A stretch of DNA of 64,000 nucleotides, taken from NCBI GenBank assembly GCA_963801275.1, contig CAWDEF010000001.1, positions 522,162 through 586,161 of the forward strand, written 5' to 3'. Source of the DNA: an uncultured Acidobacteriota bacterium. Its GTDB lineage: Bacteria > Acidobacteriota > Thermoanaerobaculia > UBA5066 > Gp7-AA6. Positions 28,854 through 37,659 of the stretch are shown here, piece by piece (the stretch's first letter is position 1; each line of letters opens with the position of its first letter). The notes under the pieces were generated by a model. It did not search any database and was not told where the DNA came from. It was given only the letters and a program-made list of their open reading frames with translations. The position numbers were made by a program, and so were the translations under genes.

Positions 28854-29945
28854 TCAGTCCGACGCCCGGGGCCGTTCGGGGCCGGCCCCGAAGCGGTACT
28901 CCTCGGCGAAGCGAAACAGCTGGATGGCGAGGGCGACGAGAACCGGGCCCAGGAACATTCCGATCATTCCGAATGCCGCGAGCCCTCCGATCACGCCGAA
29001 GAATACGGGCAATGTCGAGATCTGCGCGCGCCCCGAGATGAGCAATGGCCTCAGGAAGTTGTCCGCCGAACCCACGATCAAGGCGCCCCAGACCGCAAGA
29101 AAGACGGCAAAACCCCAGCGTCCCTGCGCGCCGAGCAGCGCCGCCCCAGGCACCCAGACGAACGCCGTGCCCCCCACGGGCAGCAGCGCAAAGACCGCCG
29201 AGATCACGGCGAAGACGACTGGAGAGGGCAGCCCGCAGATCCAGAATCCGACTCCGACGCCGGCACCCTGTGCCAGCGCCGTTACGAGCGTGCCCGCCAC
29301 GACGGCCCGGGTGACCGACGAGATGCGCGCGACCAGACGCGCCTTGAGTTTCTCGTCGGCCGGGATCAGCCGGATGCTCCTCGCGGAGAGGTCGTCTCCG
29401 TCTCGGAAACAGAAGTAGACGAGAAACAACGTCAGCCCGAGCGAAACCATCGCCCCGAGCGCTCCGACAAACGCGCGACGACCGCCGGCGAGAAGAAACT
29501 GGACTGCGTTGCTCAGGCCTTCGACCATCCACCGTTGCAGGTCCTCCGCCGAGACCGGGAACTTGTCCTGAAGGAAGTGCAGGACCCGGTCCACGATCGG
29601 TACGTGGACGATGTCGCTGAGCCGCGCGATCTTGTACTCGTCGGCCATGCTCGAAAGCCTCACGAGCAGCTCCGAACCCTGACGGACGAAGGCGATCGAC
29701 ACCACGGTGGCCGGGATGACGATTCCGAGGATGACACCGACGGTCAGAGCGAGGGCCGCGAGGCCTCTCCGGCCCTTCAGGCGGCCGCGCAGCCACCGGT
29801 TCACCGGAAAGAGCACGAACGCGATCAGGAGCGCCCAGAGCGCCGGCCCGAGGAAGGGACCGAGGATCAGCACGAGGGCGTAGGCGACCAGGCCCACGAA
29901 CACGAGGCCGAAGACCCGCGAAGCGAAGGCGCTGTCGTTCGCCAT
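28854..29945 (-). CDS. AI-2E family transporter
   Basis: Multi-TM; YFCFRDG, ALAQG, ALLPVGG, DNFLRPLLI, GGLAAFGMIGMFLGP. Confidence 0.92.
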   Translation of the reverse strand: MANDSAFASRVFGLVFVGLVAYALVLILGPFLGPALWALLIAFVLFPVNRWLRGRLKGRRGLAALALTVGVILGIVIPATVVSIAFVRQGSELLVRLSSMADEYKIARLSDIVHVPIVDRVLHFLQDKFPVSAEDLQRWMVEGLSNAVQFLLAGGRRAFVGALGAMVSLGLTLFLVYFCFRDGDDLSARSIRLIPADEKLKARLVARISSVTRAVVAGTLVTALAQGAGVGVGFWICGLPSPVVFAVISAVFALLPVGGTAFVWVPGAALLGAQGRWGFAVFLAVWGALIVGSADNFLRPLLISGRAQISTLPVFFGVIGGLAAFGMIGMFLGPVLVALAIQLFRFAEEYRFGAGPERPRASD

Positions 29946-29957
29946 GACGGAGGGAGC

Positions 29958-29971
29958 CGATGCTAGCATCG
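29958..29971. promoter_or_regulatory. Perfect 14-bp palindrome giving an extended -10 on both strands
   Basis: CGATGCTAGCATCG reads TG-C-TAGCAT in both directions, between the divergent AI-2E and queG starts. Confidence 0.5.
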
Positions 29972-29976
29972 ACCGG

Positions 29977-31011
29977 GTGACAGCCGATGCTCGCGCGCCG
30001 GGAGCCGGCCGCCTTTCCGACGCCCGCGTCTTCCGCGAGGAGGCGCGCCGCGAAGGGTTCCTGCGGACCGGTATCGCACGGGCGGGCGAGCCTCCTGGGT
30101 TCTCTCGCTTCTCGGCCTGGCTCGCCTCGGGCATGCACGCCGGCATGCGGTACCTCGCGGAGAGCCGAGAGGCCCGCGCGGATCCGGCTCGGATTCTCCC
30201 GGGCGCCCGGTCGATCGTCTGTTTCTCGGCGGCCTACTCCGAGGCGCCGCACCGCTCGACCGACGGAGCCACCTTCGCGCGATACGCGCGGGGCACCGAT
30301 TACCACGCGACGCTGCGCCAACGCGCCGAGGGCGTCGCACGGCGCTCCGCGCGGCGCATCGCGCACCCGTTCTCCTACCGGGTCTGCGTCGACACGACTC
30401 CCCTCGCGGAACGCTCCTTCGCCGCCGCCGCGGGATTGGGCTGGATCGGCAAGAACGGCTGCGTCATCGATCCGGAGCGAGGCTCCTACCTGCTGCTCGC
30501 CGAGATCCTGACCGACCTCGACCTTCCACCCGACGATCCGATCGCCGAGCAGTGCGGAAGCTGCACGCGCTGCCTCGACGCCTGCCCGACGCAGGCCTTT
30601 TCTGCGCCGGGCATTCTCGACGCCTGGCGGTGCCTCGCGTACTGGACGATCGAGCACCGGGGCCGCATGCCGGACCCCGTCAAGGCCGCCGTCCAGGATC
30701 GCCTCTTCGGATGCGACATTTGCCAGGAGGTCTGTCCGTGGAATGGCCCGACGTCCCAGGCGGCGCCCGCGGAGTCTCCGCCCACGCGTGCCGAGTGGCT
30801 CGCGATGGGACCGGGCCAGTGGCGCCGGCAGTTCGCGCGATCTGCTTTCAATCGCGCGGGCCGCAGAGGCATGCAGCGCAACGCCGCGGCTTCCGCCGGA
30901 GCGTCCGGCGACCGAACACTGCTTCCCGTCCTGCGCCGCGCGGCCGACGCGAAGGAAGCGGGACTCTCCGACGCCGCCGCCTGGGCCGTCGGGCGGCTGG
31001 ACGCCGGATAG
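29977..31011 (+). CDS. queG: tRNA epoxyqueuosine(34) reductase
   Basis: ARYARGTDYH, VDTTPLAER, GLGWIGKN, CGSCTRCLDACPT, FGCDICQEVCPWN. Start GTG 29977 is inferred. Confidence 0.93.
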   Translation: MTADARAPGAGRLSDARVFREEARREGFLRTGIARAGEPPGFSRFSAWLASGMHAGMRYLAESREARADPARILPGARSIVCFSAAYSEAPHRSTDGATFARYARGTDYHATLRQRAEGVARRSARRIAHPFSYRVCVDTTPLAERSFAAAAGLGWIGKNGCVIDPERGSYLLLAEILTDLDLPPDDPIAEQCGSCTRCLDACPTQAFSAPGILDAWRCLAYWTIEHRGRMPDPVKAAVQDRLFGCDICQEVCPWNGPTSQAAPAESPPTRAEWLAMGPGQWRRQFARSAFNRAGRRGMQRNAAASAGASGDRTLLPVLRRAADAKEAGLSDAAAWAVGRLDAG

Positions 31012-31033
31012 ACTCCTCACGAAAGGATCCGTC

Positions 31034-32323
31034 ATGGACCCGCAATCCCTGATCTTTCTGGCCCTGCTCGTGCTCTCCCTTGCGCTGTCCGCTTTCTTCG
31101 CGGGTGCGGAGACGGCCCTCGTGTCTCTCGGAAGGATCGACCTCCAGCGCCTGCGCGAGAGCGGCGACCCCCGGGGGCGGCTCATCCGGGACCTCAAGGC
31201 CCAGACCCCGCGCCTGCTCGCGACGATCCTGATCGGACAGAACCTCTTCGTCAGCTCGGCCTCGGCTCTCGCCACCGCGCTCGCAACGAACTGGATCGGC
31301 GAGAAGTACGGCGTGCCGCTGGCGATCGCGTTCTCCACGGTGGCGCTCTTCATCTTCGCCGAGATGACGCCCAAGGCGATCGGAGCGGCTTCGCCCCTGG
31401 CGATCTCGCGAGCGGTGGCCGTGCCCCTGACGGCCATCATGAAGGTGCTCGCGCCCGTCGCGACGCTCTGCGTGCGCATCACGACCCGCGCGCTGCGCCT
31501 GTTCGGCGTGCCGGAGCGCGCGCCGACCCTGACCGAAGAGGAAATGAAGAGCGTGATCAACCTCGGGGCCGCCGAGGGCGCCATCCATCTCGAGGAGAGG
31601 AGGCTCCTGCATCGGGTCCTCGAGTTCGGCGACAAGACGGTCCGGGATCTGATGGTGCCACGCACGAAAGTCATCGCACTGCCCGACAGCGCGCGCTTCG
31701 AGGACGTTCGGCTCCTGCTACGGGAGCACAAGCTGTCGCGGCTGCCCGTCTACCGCGGGGCGCTCGACAACATCGTCGGCATCCTCCACGCCAAGGACCT
31801 CTTCGATCTCTCCGACGACGAGGAACGGGAGTTCCGCCCGTCCGGACACGTGCACCCGCCCTTTCTCGTGCCCGAGTTCCAGAGTGCGGAGGACCTCTTC
31901 CGCGAGATGCGCCGCAGGAGGACGCACATGGCCGTCGTCGTCGACGAGCACGGCGGAACGGCCGGCATCGTGACGATCGAGGATGCCATCGAGGCCCTTC
32001 TCGGCCCCATCCAGGACGAGTTCGACGAGGAGGAGGGGCCCGGGTTCGTCCAGGCGGGAGAGCGCACCTATGTGCTCGACGGCGGGTTTCGGCTGCAGGC
32101 CGTCGAGGAACAATTCGGCCTGCAGCTGCCGCGCGAAGAGGCCGAAACGATCGCGGGACACCTGATGCTCCGGTTCGGACGCATTCCCCGAAAGGGAGAG
32201 CGCTGGAAGGGCCGGTTCGCGGACTTCATCATCGAGGACGCAACGCCGACCGCGATCCGACAGGTCCGGATGGTCCTGCATCCGAAGAAGGCCGAGCCGA
32301 AACCGGCCAAGGGGGACGCCTGA
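31034..32323 (+). CDS. CNNM/CBS/CorC-HlyC domain protein (hemolysin family, Mg/Co transport-associated)
   Basis: SAFFAGAETAL, LATILIG.N, FAEMTPK, MVPRT, SRLPVY, VVDEHGGTAGIVTIED, ETIAG. Confidence 0.92.
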   Translation: MDPQSLIFLALLVLSLALSAFFAGAETALVSLGRIDLQRLRESGDPRGRLIRDLKAQTPRLLATILIGQNLFVSSASALATALATNWIGEKYGVPLAIAFSTVALFIFAEMTPKAIGAASPLAISRAVAVPLTAIMKVLAPVATLCVRITTRALRLFGVPERAPTLTEEEMKSVINLGAAEGAIHLEERRLLHRVLEFGDKTVRDLMVPRTKVIALPDSARFEDVRLLLREHKLSRLPVYRGALDNIVGILHAKDLFDLSDDEEREFRPSGHVHPPFLVPEFQSAEDLFREMRRRRTHMAVVVDEHGGTAGIVTIEDAIEALLGPIQDEFDEEEGPGFVQAGERTYVLDGGFRLQAVEEQFGLQLPREEAETIAGHLMLRFGRIPRKGERWKGRFADFIIEDATPTAIRQVRMVLHPKKAEPKPAKGDA

Positions 32324-33321
32324 CGCGGCGCACCGTCGTTCTGATCCGGGGTGACGGCATCGGACCCGAGGTGTCCGACGCCGTCGTTTCGATCCTGGAG
32401 GCGGCCGCCGCGCCGCTCGCCTTCGAGGAGGCGGTGGTCGGCCGCGCCGCCGAAGAGGCGGATGGCGACCCCCTTCCTGGGCGGGTGCTCGAGGCCATCC
32501 GCCGGGTTGGCGTGGCGCTCAAGGGGCCGGTCGGCACTCCCATCGGCAAGGGCTTCGCTTCCGTCAACGTGAGACTGCGCCAGACGCTCGACCTCTACGC
32601 CAACCTTCGGCCCGTCTCCAATGTCCCCTCCGTCGCAAGCCGCTTCGACGGCGTCGATCTGGTGGTCATCCGGGAGAACACCGAGGACCTCTATGCCGGA
32701 CTCGAGCACGTCGTCGTTCCGGGCGTGGTCGAGTCCCTGAAGATCATCACCGAGGCGGCGTCCACCCGCATCGCGCGCTTCGCATTCGAGTACGCGCGGC
32801 GGCACGGGCGGCGCCGCGTCACGGCGGTGCACAAGGCCAACATCATGAAACTCTCCGATGGCCTCTTTCTCGACTGTTTCCGCCGCGTCGCGGAGTCGTA
32901 TCCAGAGATCCAGGCCGACGACCGGATCGTGGACGCCGCCTGCATGAGGCTCGTGATGAGCCCCGAGTCCTTCGACATTCTGCTTTCGGAGAATCTCTAC
33001 GGGGACATCGTGTCGGACCTGGCGGCGGGGCTCGTGGGAGGCCTCGGCGTCGTCCCCGGCGCCAACCTCGGGAACGACGTCGCGATCTTCGAGGCCGTGC
33101 ATGGCTCCGCCCCGGACATCGCGGGCCAGGACCGTGCCAACCCCACGGCTCTCCTTCTCTCCGCCATCCTCATGCTCCAGTACCTCGGTCTGGACGCCGA
33201 GGCCGACCGCATCCGGGCCGCGCTCCACGCCACGCTTTCGGACGGCGTACGGACGCCGGATCTCGGCGGATCGGCGGGAACGCGGGCCTTCGCCCAGGCC
33301 GTCGCCAAACGGCTCACCTAG
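32320..33321 (+). CDS. Isocitrate/isopropylmalate dehydrogenase family, NAD-IDH-like (probable CTG start)
   Basis: VVLIRGDGIGPEV lies upstream of the track start; LKGPVGTP, SVNVRLRQ, RENTEDLY, HKANIMKLSDG, NLYGDIVSD, FEAVHGSAPDIAG. Confidence 0.9.
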   Translation: MTRRTVVLIRGDGIGPEVSDAVVSILEAAAAPLAFEEAVVGRAAEEADGDPLPGRVLEAIRRVGVALKGPVGTPIGKGFASVNVRLRQTLDLYANLRPVSNVPSVASRFDGVDLVVIRENTEDLYAGLEHVVVPGVVESLKIITEAASTRIARFAFEYARRHGRRRVTAVHKANIMKLSDGLFLDCFRRVAESYPEIQADDRIVDAACMRLVMSPESFDILLSENLYGDIVSDLAAGLVGGLGVVPGANLGNDVAIFEAVHGSAPDIAGQDRANPTALLLSAILMLQYLGLDAEADRIRAALHATLSDGVRTPDLGGSAGTRAFAQAVAKRLT

Positions 33322-33332
33322 CCGCGCGAGGC

Positions 33333-33962
33333 ATGGGCGAGTCGGCCTCTCGCGGGCGGTTTCCAGCCTCCGAAGACGAGGAGGTCTGGGACGACGAGCC
33401 TTTCGTCGCGCTCGCGGTTTTCGGACGGCTCGCGCCGCTCGAAGTCGAGATCGGCAGCGGCAAGGCGCGCTTCCTGATCGAAGCCGCCCGCCGCAACCCG
33501 GCCCACGACTTCCTGGGACTCGAGCTGTCGCTCGCCTACTATCGCATCTGCCGCGAGCGCCTTTCCCGGGCGGGCACTCGCAACGCCCGGGTCCTGCGGG
33601 CCGACGCGAAGCGGTTCGCCGCGGTCGCGCTCCCTGCGGGCTCGGTCCGTGCCTTTCACATCTACTTTCCCGATCCCTGGCCGAAGAAACGGCACCGCAA
33701 GCGCCGGCTCGTCGACGGAACGGGACTGGAAGGCCTCGCTTCCCGACTGGAGCCGGGAGGCGTGCTGCGCATCGCGACCGACCACGCGGATTACGCCGCC
33801 ATGATCGAGCCGGTTCTGGAGACCGTCCGCGACCTCGAGCATCTGGACTGGAACGCGCTCCCGGCACCGCCCCAGACCCACTACGAGATCAAATACCGCA
33901 CCGAGGGAAGGCGGATCTGGAGGTTTCTCCTGCGGCGGCGGACCGCGAGCGAGACCGCCTAG
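33333..33962 (+). CDS. trmB: tRNA (guanine46-N7)-methyltransferase
   Basis: EIGSGKA, FLGLE, FPDPWPKKRHRKRR, IATDHADY, THYEIKY..EGR. Confidence 0.92.
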   Translation: MGESASRGRFPASEDEEVWDDEPFVALAVFGRLAPLEVEIGSGKARFLIEAARRNPAHDFLGLELSLAYYRICRERLSRAGTRNARVLRADAKRFAAVALPAGSVRAFHIYFPDPWPKKRHRKRRLVDGTGLEGLASRLEPGGVLRIATDHADYAAMIEPVLETVRDLEHLDWNALPAPPQTHYEIKYRTEGRRIWRFLLRRRTASETA

Positions 33963-34159
33963 CGCTGGAAGCACTTTCCGCGGCGAGCATCGGGAGAGGT
34001 GCTCGCGACGCACGAAGTCTCCTGAAGTCATCGAAGAAGGCGCGAGCTCGGCGGGAGAAACGCACAGCGAGGATTCGGGCGGTCGGTCGAGGCTCCATCC
34101 GGCCGAGCCGCCCGGCGGCGCGCCCCGGGGCGCGGCTTCGAAGCGCGAGCGACGGCTAG
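33959..34159. other. Structured non-coding insert bounded by CTAG on both sides
   Basis: Hairpins 33983-34006 and 34076-34114, palindromes 34119-34134 and 34135-34144, between the convergent trmB and pgsA stops. Confidence 0.45.
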
Positions 34160-34725
34160 AGTTCCGGAGGCGTGGGCGCGACACCCGCAAACGATGTGAT
34201 GCGCTGAAGGAACCGGACGAAATACTGGGTTCCCGAGATCAGCGCCACGGCGACCACGACCCAGAGGGCCGCCTTCCCGGGCAGGGCGAAGACCTCGTGG
34301 CGCAGCGCCAGGATCAGGAGCGAGGCGGCCAGGATCTCCGAGAGCATCTTCGCCTTGCCCCAGCCCGACGCCGGAATCACGATGCCCTGACCCGCCGCGA
34401 TCGAGCGCAAGCCCGAGACGGCGAACTCGCGTCCCACGATGACGACGACCATCCAGGCGGCGGCGAGCCCCAATTCCACGAGCGAGATGAAGACGGCCGA
34501 GATCAAGAGCTTGTCGGCAATCGGGTCGAGCAGTGTCCCGAGCGTGGTGATCTGGCCGCGACGGCGCGCCAGGTAGCCGTCCAGGAAGTCGGTTGCGGTT
34601 GCGGTCAGGAAGATCAAGAGCCCGACCGTCTCGCGCCCGTCGAACTTCGTCAAGAGAACGACGACGAGAAACGGCACCAGGAAGATCCGCAGGAGGGTGA
34701 GGGAGTTTGGGAGATTGAGCTTCAT
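34156..34725 (-). CDS. pgsA: CDP-diacylglycerol--glycerol-3-phosphate 3-phosphatidyltransferase
   Basis: NLPNSLTLLRI, TDFLDGYLARR..T.LG..LDPIADK, GREFAVSGLR, GKAK. Confidence 0.96.
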   Translation of the reverse strand: MKLNLPNSLTLLRIFLVPFLVVVLLTKFDGRETVGLLIFLTATATDFLDGYLARRRGQITTLGTLLDPIADKLLISAVFISLVELGLAAAWMVVVIVGREFAVSGLRSIAAGQGIVIPASGWGKAKMLSEILAASLLILALRHEVFALPGKAALWVVVAVALISGTQYFVRFLQRITSFAGVAPTPPEL

Positions 34726-34750
34726 CGAGTCTACCCCTCATAATATGCTC

Positions 34751-36208
34751 ATGAACCTCCCCTGCCCCGTGCACGAGGGCCGGAACGCGCACCGAGGCTG
34801 CTTCCTTTGCCGCAAGCCCATCTGCCGGCTCTGCGAGCTCCAGATGCGGGGGCACGTCTATTGCTCCTCCCGTTGCGCCCGGGAGGACGGGCGTCAGGCG
34901 TTCTGGAGACCGCTGACAGCGCGGCTGGCTCGCCCGGTTCCGCCCCGCCTCGCACTCATCGCCCTGGCCCTCGGGGCTGCCGCGCCCGTGCTGTTCGCGC
35001 TGCGGACGGTGGGAGAACTCGACCGGTTGAGCCGCCAGGCTCCCGTCCCTCCCCTGCGCCGCGCTCCGGCGGCGCGTATCGAGAGCGTCATCGAGACGGC
35101 TGCCGGGAGCCGCATCGAGGGGCGCGCGTCACCCGGGGGCGCCGTGTTTCTCTTCGGCGCGTCGGGCCAGATCGCGGTCACGCCGGTCTCGGGCGGCCGG
35201 TTCCACTTCGAGGGGATCCGGGATCGCGGGCCCTATCGAGTCGGAATCCTCCCCCTCTCCCCCGAGGTGGCCACCGTCTCAGTGCCGCCTTCCCCGCCGC
35301 CGGCACCCGCGGGCGCAGGACCGGCTCCGTCCCCGATCGTCGCTGCCCCTCCCGCAGCGGGGGCCCCGGGGACGGTCGCGAAAATCACCCCGAAGGCGCG
35401 ACTCGAGGTCTCGTGGGCGCAAACGCCTTCGGCGGCCGCGCCGTCCGGTCCAACCTCCGGGGCGCTCGTCGTACCCGACCTGACGCGCGGCCCCCAGGAC
35501 CGCCCTGAGCTGCTCGTCTCCTTCGACGCGGGTTCCTCCGACCGGGGAGCGCGGCAGATCCTCGACTCGCTCAAGGAGCGGGGGATCCGAACGACGATCT
35601 TCTTGACCGGCGAGTTCATCCGCCGATATCCCGACATCGCCCGCCGCATCGCGCAGGATGGGCACGAGGTCGGCAACCACACCGACAGCCACCCGCACTT
35701 GACGACGTATGCCCAGGATGGCCGCCAGACCACCCGGGCTGGCGTCGACCGCGAGTTTCTCGCGAGGCAGCTGCGCTGGACCGCACAGGCCTGGCGTGCG
35801 GCCACGGGACGGTCGCTCGCGCCGATCTGGCGCGCGCCGTTCGGCGAGCAGAACGCCCAGATTCGGGGCTGGGCGGCCCTTGAGGGTTACTGGCACGTCG
35901 GCTGGACGGGAGGCCGCGCCGGGTTGGACGGCCTCGACTGGGTGAGCGACCCCTCCTCGCGGGCCTACCGCAGCGCCGGAGGCGTCGTGGACCGTCTCGT
36001 CGCGCACGCGGAAAACGGCGGCATCATCCTCCTGCACCTCGGAAGCGACCGGGACGATCCCGTCGCCCCGCGCGTGCCGGAGCTGCTGGACGCCCTCGGG
36101 CGCCGAGGTTTCCGCTTCGCCCGCGCCTCGGATTTCCTGAGGCGAATGGGGCAGACCGACGAGCGCCTGCTCGCCCTGGCCTCTGGCGGCCGGTCGGCGG
36201 CACCGTGA
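34751..36208 (+). CDS. Polysaccharide deacetylase (CE4/NodB) with N-terminal B-box-like Zn finger and TM helix
   Basis: CPVH..CFLC..ICRLC..YCSSRC; TM; Pro-rich linker; SFDAG, GNHTDSHPH, RAPFG, LDW, IILLH. Confidence 0.85.
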   Translation: MNLPCPVHEGRNAHRGCFLCRKPICRLCELQMRGHVYCSSRCAREDGRQAFWRPLTARLARPVPPRLALIALALGAAAPVLFALRTVGELDRLSRQAPVPPLRRAPAARIESVIETAAGSRIEGRASPGGAVFLFGASGQIAVTPVSGGRFHFEGIRDRGPYRVGILPLSPEVATVSVPPSPPPAPAGAGPAPSPIVAAPPAAGAPGTVAKITPKARLEVSWAQTPSAAAPSGPTSGALVVPDLTRGPQDRPELLVSFDAGSSDRGARQILDSLKERGIRTTIFLTGEFIRRYPDIARRIAQDGHEVGNHTDSHPHLTTYAQDGRQTTRAGVDREFLARQLRWTAQAWRAATGRSLAPIWRAPFGEQNAQIRGWAALEGYWHVGWTGGRAGLDGLDWVSDPSSRAYRSAGGVVDRLVAHAENGGIILLHLGSDRDDPVAPRVPELLDALGRRGFRFARASDFLRRMGQTDERLLALASGGRSAAP

Positions 36209-36212
36209 GGGC

Positions 36213-37643
36213 GTGAGCCTGCGCCTCGGGACGGATGGCTGGCGCGGCCGCATCGCCGACGACTGCACCTTCCAGGAGATCCGCCGGATCGCGGCCGCGA
36301 CCGCCCGGTGGGCCTCCGAAACGGCTCCGGCCGGCGCCGAGCGCCGCGTGGCGGCCGGATTCGACACGCGCTTCCTGTCGCCGGAATTCGCGGCGGCGGC
36401 CGCCGACGAGCTCGCCCGGAGCGGTCTCGACGTCGCCCTCTCGGACCGCCCGATTCCGACTCCAGCCGTTTCGTACCACGTCCGGCGGCTCGGGCTGTGC
36501 GCCGGCATCGCCATCACCGCGAGCCACAATCCCGGTGTCTACAACGGCTTCAAGATCAAGGCCGCCTTCGGCGGGAGCGCGCCACCCGAGACATACGAAG
36601 CCGTCGCCCGGGAGATCGGCCGGCCGGCGCCGACACCCGCGGCGTCCGGACGCGTCGAGACGCTCGACCTGTACACCCCCTACCGCCAGCGCCTCACCAC
36701 GCTCGTGGATCTGCCCGCGATCCGCGCCGCGGGACTCGCCGTTCTCGCCGACGCGATGCACGGCGCCGCGGGGGCGCTCCTGCCGGAGATCCTCGACAAC
36801 GGTACAACCCGCGTCGTTTCCCTCCATGCGGCGCGCGACCCCCTTTTCGGCGGTGTGCCTCCCGAGCCGATCGCCCAGAACCTTGCAGCCTCGGGCCACC
36901 GTGTGCGCGAGCTGGGGCTCGATCTCGCCGTCGCAAACGACGGCGACGCGGATCGGCTGGGCGTTCTCGACCGGCGGGGCGAGTTCGTCTCGCCGCACCG
37001 GATCCTCGCCCTTCTGCTATTGCACGGATTCCGCAGGCGCGGCCTCGCGGGCGGGATCGCAAAGACCTTTTCGACGTCGCTCCTCATCGACCGGGTGGCT
37101 TCCGCCCTCGGCGTCCGCCTCTACGAGACGCCGATCGGCTTCAAGCACATCGCCGAATTCATGACGCGCGGGGAGGTCGCCGCGGGGGGAGAGGAGAGTG
37201 GCGGCTACGCCTTCGGATTCCACCTGCCGGAGCGCGACGGCGTTCTGTCGGCCCTCGTGCTGCTCGAAAGCCTCGCCGTCTCGGGACGCGATCTGGACGA
37301 CGCCCTGGCCGAGCTCGAGAGCGAATTCGGCGCGTTTGCCTACGCGCGCCGGGACATCCCCCTCCCCGTCCCGGTGATTCGCGCATTCCTCGAGAGGGAA
37401 CGCGGCTCCCCGCCGGCCACGGTCGCCGGCGAGGCGGTCACGGAGGTACGGGACCTGGACGGGGTCAAGTACATGCTGGGCGGCCGAGGCTGGCTTCTCC
37501 AGCGGCTCTCCGGAACCGAGCCGATGATCCGCCTCTACTGCGAACACGAGGAGGAGCGCGCGGTGGCTCGAATCCTCGAAGAGGCGGCATCGCGCCTGGA
37601 GCGTTTCGCGGCCTCCGCCCTTGCCGCGCCGGGTCCGCGCTAG
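36213..37643 (+). CDS. Phosphoglucomutase/phosphomannomutase
   Basis: GTDGWRG, ITASHNP, DGDADR, GGEESGG, RLSGTEP. Confidence 0.93.
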   Translation: MSLRLGTDGWRGRIADDCTFQEIRRIAAATARWASETAPAGAERRVAAGFDTRFLSPEFAAAAADELARSGLDVALSDRPIPTPAVSYHVRRLGLCAGIAITASHNPGVYNGFKIKAAFGGSAPPETYEAVAREIGRPAPTPAASGRVETLDLYTPYRQRLTTLVDLPAIRAAGLAVLADAMHGAAGALLPEILDNGTTRVVSLHAARDPLFGGVPPEPIAQNLAASGHRVRELGLDLAVANDGDADRLGVLDRRGEFVSPHRILALLLLHGFRRRGLAGGIAKTFSTSLLIDRVASALGVRLYETPIGFKHIAEFMTRGEVAAGGEESGGYAFGFHLPERDGVLSALVLLESLAVSGRDLDDALAELESEFGAFAYARRDIPLPVPVIRAFLERERGSPPATVAGEAVTEVRDLDGVKYMLGGRGWLLQRLSGTEPMIRLYCEHEEERAVARILEEAASRLERFAASALAAPGPR

Positions 37644-37659
37644 GCCCGAGGCAGCATCC

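Noticed and set aside
27760-31731. 1323-aa ORF as a giant methyltransferase fusion
   Set aside because: Only the last 362 codons (from ATG 28848) are protein-like; the rest overlaps AI-2E, queG and the CNNM gene.
33963-34155. SRP RNA, 6S RNA or tRNA identity for the structured spacer
   Set aside because: No SRP helix-8 motif, no cloverleaf and no single long 6S-type duplex; kept only as an unidentified structured insert.
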